A stretch of DNA of 6,642 nt from Amoeboradix gromovi X-113 (Eukaryota > Fungi > Sanchytriomycota), in assembly GCA_018985225.1 (NCBI GenBank), contig JADGIF010000559.1:1-6642 (forward strand). The letters are read 5' to 3'. The translations under genes and the position numbers were made by a program. The notes beneath the pieces were generated by a model. That model had not been told where the DNA came from and made no database searches. It was given only the letters and a program-made list of their open reading frames with translations. Below, piece by piece: positions 1-6,392 of the stretch (its first letter is position 1; each line of letters starts with the position of its first letter).

Positions 1-421
1 AACGCTTAATTAACCAGCAAACTAAGACTTTTCATGTGGAGATCTGAAAGTTAAGACATCGAAAATACAATTTTTGAGACAATTTGTTACATGCATGGTA
101 ATTAACGATTACACAAAAAGTGAGATCGAGAAAATTATTAGGTTCAAAGGTACACTAAAATGATAACAGCTGGAACAGGTACCCTACTTGATACAGAAAA
201 AGCAAACTCAGCAGTCTGCATGCAAGGGGCTATCTAATTATTGGATTACAGGATTCCGTTATGTTCATTGAGAGCCATTGGCTGAGAAGCTTGTGTTCTT
301 ACGAGAAATATATAATGCTAGCTTTTTATTTTTGCTTTTCTAAATATTAAAGGTCTAACTTGGGTATGTCTTAATATTGAATTCAAAAATAATTGGCGTC
401 ACTCTTTCAAACACACCTCCC

Positions 422-811
422 ATGGATCTGCACAAAATTTTGAATGCAGTCCCAACAATATCGAAGTACGAATTGCTTTCTCAAGGTATATGCCCCATAT
501 GTAAAAAGCAACTTGCAGATAAATCCAGCTGCCAGCGACATATCAAATTAGTTCACTCGCCACCTCTTCCCTGCTTTTACTGCAAGAGGAAAATTAAATT
601 CAAAGGCAGAATTGACTTGCTAAGACAGCATTTGATTAGGTGTGACGATTTTATTTCGAATTGTAAACAACTTAGCGCTATGGGCGAAGGCGAATTTGAG
701 GACATTATCAATAAGAAATGTTATAAAATATACGAAGATAGTAAGGCGATCTTCGACAATGTAATTAATACAAACGATTCTAACATATCGAGTCCAAATG
801 ATCTGCAATAA
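422..811 (+). CDS. Small zinc-finger protein (129 aa from ATG 422): one C2H2 finger plus one C2HC-type finger; family unknown
   Basis: The ORF 377..811 starts at TTG; the first ATG is at 422 (tcccATGG). Motifs CPICKKQLADKSSCQRHIKLVH (C-x2-C-x12-H-x4-H) and CFYC-x15-HLIRC. TAA at 809-811, AATAAA at 835-840. Confidence 0.7.
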   Translation: MDLHKILNAVPTISKYELLSQGICPICKKQLADKSSCQRHIKLVHSPPLPCFYCKRKIKFKGRIDLLRQHLIRCDDFISNCKQLSAMGEGEFEDIINKKCYKIYEDSKAIFDNVINTNDSNISSPNDLQ

Positions 812-983
812 TATATCCTTCTTTGAATTGGCTGAATAAATTAATACATGTATACATGACTTTTGTAGGTTATAACAAATCTTAGCTTGAGACTCAGCGG
901 GCGGTAAATTCTAGAAGTATTCACACAAGGTTCTGAAAGATTGACTGAATTTAGTAGCGAATCTATTCAAAGTAATCCATTTT

Positions 984-1088
984 ATTGGAATAGGTCACTC
1001 TCCAATGGGCTTATAATTAGCACTGATTGATTGCAATCGCTGGGGTGTTTTTAGAAGATTTATCGCGTTCTGTCACGCTCTTGAGTCA
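984..1088. promoter_or_regulatory. Possible NRD1 promoter elements: inverted CCAAT pair and a TGAGTCA bZIP (AP-1/Gcn4-type) site
   Basis: ATTGGA 984-989 / TCCAAT 1001-1006; TGAGTCA 1082-1088, ending 37 nt before the ATG. These are short motifs and chance occurrence is possible. Confidence 0.3.
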
Positions 1089-1125
1089 TTTAATAATGTG
1101 CTTTGGCAAATAAATTTACTGAAAC

Positions 1126-2599
1126 ATGGAACAGCAACTTTTTTCCATCTTAGAACAAAAAACTTTAACGGCTTCTAAAATAAATTCTATAACTAAAGAG
1201 GCATTTATTTTAATTGCTAAGAAACAACATAAACATGTCGTAAGTATTCTCACTGATTTTATAATGACTTGCCCTAAAGAATATAAGCTAAAAGCCTGCT
1301 ATGTAATCGACGGAATAACCCGATCTATAGACAGTCAACTTAAGCGCGATGGCATTACTGGCAAAGATCCTATGATTCAAATCATTGAGAATGAGTTAGA
1401 ATCGTGGATGCCGTTTATAATTCAATCAGAAGAACGTGAAAAGATCAAAAAAATGTTTCAATTATGGCGTAAATTAAAACTCTTTGACTCTGATAAACTA
1501 GATGAAATCTTAAAAACCTGGTTTAAAAGTAACGAGAATCTTGGGACTACAAATCGCAGTAAGTCTTTAAACTTAAATAACAGCGCTCTGCTAAACATCC
1601 TCGACAATGTGCAGCAGGCACCCGCAAGTCAGCAACCTCCTGTGCAGCAATCGCAACCGCCTGCCGTCGGATTAGATCCTGCCCTTATTTCGCAATTCAT
1701 TCAGCAACCTGAACTTTTGCAGGCATACACTAAACTACTCGAGCAGCAATTGCTAAGTAACTTGCAACCGCAGCAGTCAGTAGTCCCTCAATTGGTTCAT
1801 AATCCTCAGCAGGCTAATCTTTACAATTTGCAGCAAACGCTCAACTCAGCACAAGCTTCACCTGTCCAGCCTTACAGCTTACCATACACACCACCACCCC
1901 AACGAAACCACTATAAACCTCAGCTTACTGAACCATATCGCCAAAATGATTTTCGACGCAAAACATCCAATACAGATCCCGATGCTCTTCCTATCACCGA
2001 TGCTGACCAATACACATATACTCAAGAGGATGGCGGATGTGATGCAAACCACATTTTGGTTTTAAGTCGCACGTTATATGTTGGTGGGTTTTCCAACGAA
2101 GTTACAAGACAAGATTTGATTGATTACTTTGGAAGATTTGGTCCCGTAGACAGTGTCATTATGACTTTAAAAAAGAACAATGCATTTATTAAGTTAAGAA
2201 CCCGGGAAATAACTAATGTTGCACTAAAGAGCACGCATTTGAGCCATTTAAAGGGCAGACAATTAAAAGTTGGATTTGGCTGTGGATTTGGACCAAGAGA
2301 CTCGTTTGATTATAGAAGTGGGCACTCAATCATTCCGTTGGCAAGACTAACAGCGCAAGACATAGATTGGTTGAGCAATGCGACAGTAGGTGGAATTATT
2401 AATGGAGAATTACGTGGAGGTATAACAGTAGAGGAACCACATATTAGTGATTTTAAGAAGCAAGATTATACTCCGAAAGAAATATTTGAAGCTGTGCACA
2501 ACATTAAGACCAAAATCAACAACACAAAACCACCAAGTAAGCAATACTAATGTAGAAGCGAGTGAAGACCCAGCACTTAATTTCTTAGGACTTCAATAA
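1126..2599 (+). CDS. NRD1: Nrd1/Seb1-family RNA polymerase II CTD-binding, RNA-binding termination factor. Proposed join(1126..2536,2556..2599), 484 aa; the unspliced ORF ends at 2550
   Basis: N-terminal CID (TASKINSIT...CPKEYKLKACYVIDGITR...KIKKMFQLW), Q/P-rich linker, and RRM with the Nrd1/Seb1 split-domain signature (SRTLYVGG...AFIKL...GFGCGFGPRDSFDYRSGHSIIPLARLT..D..W...GG...VEEPHI). The family call is strong; the 3' end depends on the intron model. Confidence 0.9.
1609..1905 (+). repeat. Gln/Pro-rich low-complexity coding region in the NRD1 linker
   Basis: Translation VQQAPASQQPPVQQSQPP...QQQLLSNLQPQQ...YTPPPQR, with CAG/CAA-rich codons. Boundaries are approximate. Confidence 0.7.
2537..2555 (+). 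other. Candidate 19-nt spliceosomal intron in NRD1
   Basis: GTAAGCAATACTAATGTAG: GTAAG donor, CTAAT branch motif, TAG acceptor. It contains the ORF's TAA. Removal extends the frame to ...PPKASEDPALNFLGLQ*, with the new stop (2597-2599) inside AATAAA. The alternative acceptor AAG at 2558 (22 nt) keeps the same frame. Confidence 0.7.
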
Positions 2600-2600
2600 A
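2595..2600 (+). terminator. Putative polyadenylation signal AATAAA overlapping the spliced NRD1 stop
   Basis: CAA TAA A, followed by a T-rich tract at about 2606-2640. Confidence 0.5.
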
Positions 2601-2646
2601 GGTATTTGTTTTTTTATTTCTTTTCTCCTTTCCACACTTTGTTAAA

Positions 2647-3201
2647 ATGAGTGATAACGAGCAAGAACACTTCGAACCCACTGTAACTTATGAGCCTGTC
2701 GTTCATTTAGAAAAGATTGAGGTTAAATCGCTGGAAGAAGATGAGGTAGTACTATATAAGCAACGCGCTAAGCTATTCAGATTTGATAGCGATGCAAAAG
2801 AATGGAAAGAACGAGGGATAGGTGACGTAAAGTTTTTACTGAACAAATCAAGCGCAAGGGTTAGATTACTAATGCGAAGAGATAAAATTCAAAAAGTTTG
2901 TGCTAATCATTACTTGACTGCAGCTATGGAACTAAAAGCAAATGTTGGAAGTGACAAATCTTGGGTATATACCGCTGAAGATTTCACAGAAGGTGTAGTA
3001 AGTCATGAACAATTCGCCTTTCGATTCAAGAACAGTGATATTGCTAATTTGTTTAAATCTAAATTTGAAGAATGCGCGAAATGGAATGAGTTGGTTTTGA
3101 AGGATAATTTAACCATCGATGATGCTAAGTGTCCAAAGCCTGATGAGTCTATCGAAAAGCAAAAGGAAAATAAAGCACTTTCAAAGGCTGATGAAGATTA
3201 A
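2647..3201 (+). CDS. YRB1: Ran-specific GTPase-activating protein / Ran-binding protein 1 (RanBP1)
   Basis: RanBD motifs HFEP...EEDE..LYKQRAKLFRFD...EWKERGIGDVKFL...RLLMRRDK..KVCANH...SDKSWVY...FAFRFKN; single-domain 184 aa protein with a charged tail. Confidence 0.95.
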   Translation: MSDNEQEHFEPTVTYEPVVHLEKIEVKSLEEDEVVLYKQRAKLFRFDSDAKEWKERGIGDVKFLLNKSSARVRLLMRRDKIQKVCANHYLTAAMELKANVGSDKSWVYTAEDFTEGVVSHEQFAFRFKNSDIANLFKSKFEECAKWNELVLKDNLTIDDAKCPKPDESIEKQKENKALSKADED

Positions 3202-3203
3202 AT

Positions 3204-3209
3204 AATAAA
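3204..3209 (+). terminator. Putative polyadenylation signal of YRB1
   Basis: AATAAA 2 nt after the TAA stop. Confidence 0.5.
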
Positions 3210-3219
3210 TCTGTCCAAA

Positions 3220-5177
3220 TCATTTATTAAATATTTGCCACAGTGATTTAGGTTTGTTGTTCTTGTAAGCTGCGTATCCAACAGCTATAACTGCACCTAG
3301 TATCCCAATATACAAAAGCTGCTTTTTAAAATGGTAGTGCTGCTTTTCTGAGTTAGTTTGAAATACGGTTGTAATGCTATGGCAATAAATACATAAAATA
3401 TGTCTGCCAGATTGTTTTCTGTTATACTGATATGCAAAGGCTTATCTAGACCATATTGCTTAGTGAACATATCTGGCTGTAGTTCACTGCGCTGTTGTAC
3501 AATATCTAAATCCGCTTTATTGGCGATAAATAAACACGGGTAGCTTTGCAGATACTTTAAATAGAGTTGAACTATGAATGAGAATGAGTTGCAATCGCTG
3601 GAATCGTACAATAAAACGATTAAATCAGATTTCTCCAGTACCTCTTTGTTCTCTGGTAAAAACAAGTCCTGGGAATATTTAGATCCAAATTCTTGTAATA
3701 TAAGATACTTCTCACTTCCCTTGTATTCTACAGTATTCACAACCTCGCAAGTCTTTTCGGTAGGTAAATGATCCTGGCTAGGTTTATTTATAAACCTATT
3801 CAACAAGCTAGTCTTTCCACTGCCACAAGCACCAAGAACTACAGCCCTAAATACGCTGCGTTGCTTCCTATTCTTCAGAGCTTCACTCTTTTTGATGCTT
3901 ATTACTTTTAGTCCGTTTTGAGCATATGATTTCGCATAGCTTGATTTGTAGTCATATTGACCAAAAACCTGATGATCGATAACCTGAACGTTGCTTATAG
4001 ACTTGTTTAGAGTTATTTGTGATTCTACCTCATACAAGTTAGTATTAGGACCATCAAATCCTAAATAGTTCAGATATTCTAGCGTTTTCATTGGATACAG
4101 CAGTGCCATCATGCTGAATTGTGCCAGAAATTCTTGCAATGTAAGCGATGAAGAAAATGGCTGATCAGGTGCGACTTGAAATAAATTTTCCAGTTCCTGT
4201 TGATTTAGTTCACCATCCTTATCTTTATCATGTTGAATAAATATTTCGGTAAGGAATGAAATGCCTTTATGGCTTAGTTCAGTGTAATCCCCCATGGGAA
4301 ACGCAGGCCTTAAATAATCGGAGCGAAGACACAAATCGTCGCCATATCCAAATTTACGAAGTATAATCCAGGACGTTTCTACTCTTCCTCGCTGTATAAA
4401 CATTTTGTTTAAATAGAGGAATCCATCAAGTGTGATCATATCCCTGAATAAATACTTTGGATTTTGACTAACCACGGCCTCCTTAATACCTTGAAGTTCA
4501 AGCTTTTGTAGAGGATTATTAAAACACTTTTCTTGAAATCTGTTCAAGTCCTCATCCGTAAGATAGCCATCCTTGTCGCTGTCAATGAGTGTAAAAATAC
4601 GGATTAAGGCATCGCGGCAATCAGGCTTTAACTGATGGTTTTTAGAGTCGTAGAGTGTGATGCTGGGATAAAGGACAGCCTTTTGGGCAAAATAGAAGCA
4701 TTCACTAATGTTCAGGCTGAGTTTAGCGCTGCATTCAATTCCTACTTCAATTTCTTTAAACTCGTTCATAATGGGACTCAAAATCTCTTCAAGATTTTCA
4801 TTACTAACATCTTGATCACGTAGATCACTCTTGTTACCGCATATAACCACTGGAATGTATATGCCTAGTTGCCGAAATAGCGGAATCCAGAAAGAAGATA
4901 TTCTGTCAAATGATTCTAATTCAGCGACATTGTAAACTAAAATTATCACAGAAGCCTTTTTAATTTCCAATTCCAACTGAGCTCTGTTTTCTACTTTAGC
5001 GCTGCTATCAATTATTTCGGTTCTGCAGTGTTCAATTGAATGCTCAGATGGGATTAGTACTTTGGGAACTAAATGTGGCAAATCCTCAATAAATGTAGAA
5101 TGAATAAATGAAGTTATAAGGGATGATTTGCCAACTCCAGAGTCTCCACATATTAAAATTCTCATGGATATTCTCAT
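3220..5177 (-). CDS. GEM1: Mitochondrial Rho GTPase Miro (GTPase - EF hands - GTPase - tail anchor); the C-terminus needs a frame change
   Basis: First ATG at 5177 (alternative 5165; the track's 5192 is TTG). nGTPase GDSGVGKSS, DSS, GNKSD, ECSAK; FYFAQKAVLYP; EF loops DSDKDGYLTDED and DKDKDGELNQQE; cGTPase GACGSGKTS, NKAD. The continuous ORF stops at 3297 with no membrane anchor. A TM segment ending at TGA 3222-3220 lies in another frame. Identity is secure; the 3' structure is uncertain. Confidence 0.93.
3223..3228 (-). terminator. Putative polyadenylation signal of GEM1
   Basis: AAT AAA TGA: the hexamer forms the last two codons of the TM frame. Confidence 0.45.
3265..3318 (-). other. Out-of-frame Miro tail-anchor transmembrane segment
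   Basis: The frame starting at 3327 reads KKQ-LLYIGILGAVIAVGYAAY-KNNKPKSLWQIFNK*: 18 uncharged residues flanked by lysines, typical of a mitochondrial outer-membrane tail anchor. Confidence 0.85.
3348..3366 (-). other. Candidate 19-nt spliceosomal intron in GEM1
   Basis: Minus strand GTATTTCAAACTAACTCAG: GTA donor, CTAAC at nt 11-15, CAG acceptor, the same spacing as the NRD1 candidate. Removal gives ALQ-PKAALP, matching the P-x4-P pattern I recall after the last helix of fungal Gem1 (e.g. AALDPGKNTP). It does not alone restore the TM frame. Confidence 0.6.
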
Positions 5178-5201
5178 ATCCAGCTGTATCAAAAATAAAA
5201 T

Positions 5202-6392
5202 TTAATTTATTGTTGGAATGCCTAGTCTCTGACATATTTGAACCGGGTCCTCTACAGACATATTTTCACCTACTACTGCACAGGTTGGAGGCGCTTGTAG
5301 CATCGCGGTAACACAATTTTTAATGGATGCTTTATTCACCGCTTCAATATTAGATTCTAATTCTTCCATAGAGTATAACTTATTACAGTTTAACATTGAC
5401 CTACCCATGTATTCTACCATTTTTCCTGTCTTTTCTAAGCTTTGGAACTGGGTGGCTAATGCTTGATTTTTGGCTCTCTCGAGCTCTCTATCATTTATAT
5501 CATATAGTCGCAGCAGCTGATTGAGCAGCAAAGAAAACCCTTGGTTGTTCAAGTTATATTCGCACCCCATTGTTATCCCAAAAAGGCTGATGTGTTCTGA
5601 CTGATATAGATTTGCAAATATACTTTCAACTCCACGATTTCCACATAGTACTTGGTAAAGCCTGCTATATATACCCTTTCCAGGTCCACCAGCAGAAAAA
5701 GCAGAACCGCCGCCTAATACATGGCACAGAACAGCAAAGTTGTACATATCTTTATGGCAAACACTAGAAATCGGAAAGTAGATACCAAAGTAATTGAGCT
5801 TTAGCTCGCTAAACGGCGAAAGAATCGGAGGAGGAATTGTCTTGATTTTGTTAAATCCACCATAGTACCTTGGTACATCTGAGATTGCGACAGACTTCCC
5901 GCGTGGTAATGTTATTGAACTCATTTCATGTCCAACAGCACTGACAACAGAACCTTCAGAATACAAATACTTTTCCGCATAATCTTGAACATCTTGAACC
6001 GTCACGTCATTGATATCTTGAAAAATTGACTTTTTAAAAGCTAAATATTTTATATCGTTGGCTATTCGTTTTTGGTGGTCCCATTTTAAAGATTCATGCT
6101 CAAATTTAATTCCTTCAACGGCATGCTTAAACTCTGTCTCATTAAATCCCTTGAATAACGCAGACAGCGCTTCTTTTGTGTCCGGAATACTTGTGTAGTA
6201 ACCTATTCCGTCGTAATATAATTTAGATTGAACGTTTTTATGCAGGCTTAGCTTTAGCACTTGATTGATTTTTGAATTAGGCAGTTTTTGATATATTCCC
6301 AATTTAGGAAAAATTCCCCAGTTCTTTACCAGTCTCATGGAGATACAACTTTGAAGTTGAACAAAGCACTTAAAGTATCTCTTGAATTTCAT
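5202..6392 (-). CDS. MAS2: Mitochondrial processing peptidase alpha subunit (M16 family), divergent
   Basis: Alpha-MPP glycine-rich loop VLGGGSAFSAGGPGKGIYSRLY, plus YYGG, DMYNFAVL, SLFGI, ELERAKNQ, LE...EYMGR. No HxxEH motif, as expected for alpha. Start is ATG 6392 (basic MKFKRYFK leader, presequence-like) or ATG 6338. Confidence 0.88.
   Translation of the reverse strand: MKFKRYFKCFVQLQSCISMRLVKNWGIFPKLGIYQKLPNSKINQVLKLSLHKNVQSKLYYDGIGYYTSIPDTKEALSALFKGFNETEFKHAVEGIKFEHESLKWDHQKRIANDIKYLAFKKSIFQDINDVTVQDVQDYAEKYLYSEGSVVSAVGHEMSSITLPRGKSVAISDVPRYYGGFNKIKTIPPPILSPFSELKLNYFGIYFPISSVCHKDMYNFAVLCHVLGGGSAFSAGGPGKGIYSRLYQVLCGNRGVESIFANLYQSEHISLFGITMGCEYNLNNQGFSLLLNQLLRLYDINDRELERAKNQALATQFQSLEKTGKMVEYMGRSMLNCNKLYSMEELESNIEAVNKASIKNCVTAMLQAPPTCAVVGENMSVEDPVQICQRLGIPTIN
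5206..5211 (-). terminator. Putative polyadenylation signal of MAS2
   Basis: Minus strand ...ACA ATA AAT TAA: AATAAA lies 1 nt before the stop. Confidence 0.45.

Noticed and set aside
26-237. Open stretch 26-163 possibly joined by a 20-nt GT..AG (149-168) to a frame ending at TAA 235-237
   Set aside because: No recognisable protein, and the branch motif is not in the position seen in the other two introns. The window edge prevents assessment.
364-369. GTATGT canonical donor upstream of the zinc-finger ATG
   Set aside because: No nearby CTAAY or AG (next AG is at about 448, inside the CDS) and no upstream exon evident.
620-808. 62-aa minus-strand ORF
   Set aside because: Antisense shadow of the zinc-finger CDS, with no motif.
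855-1020. Resemblance to RNase MRP/P RNA (ACAAATC..AGCTT; AAAGTAAT; CCAATGGGCTTA)
   Set aside because: I could not find a correctly placed 5' P4 strand (GAAAGUCCCC-like) or a P1 helix closing after the 3' motif.
3291-3313. Alternative 17- or 23-nt intron (GTATATTGGGATACTAG[GTGCAG]) restoring the Miro TM frame
   Set aside because: No CTAAY branch motif, and it would delete much of the hydrophobic segment.
3297-3328. TAA/TAG reassignment or readthrough as the explanation of the truncated Miro
   Set aside because: Reading through either stop stays in non-TM frames. TAA ends YRB1 and MAS2 at expected positions and long ORFs have no internal TAR, so the code appears standard.
3574-3771. 65-aa plus-strand ORF
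   Set aside because: Antisense inside GEM1, with no recognisable features.
4635-4823. 62-aa plus-strand ORF
   Set aside because: Antisense inside the conserved GEM1 nGTPase.
5123-5311. 62-aa plus-strand ORF spanning the GEM1/MAS2 junction
   Set aside because: Antisense to two real genes, with no motif.
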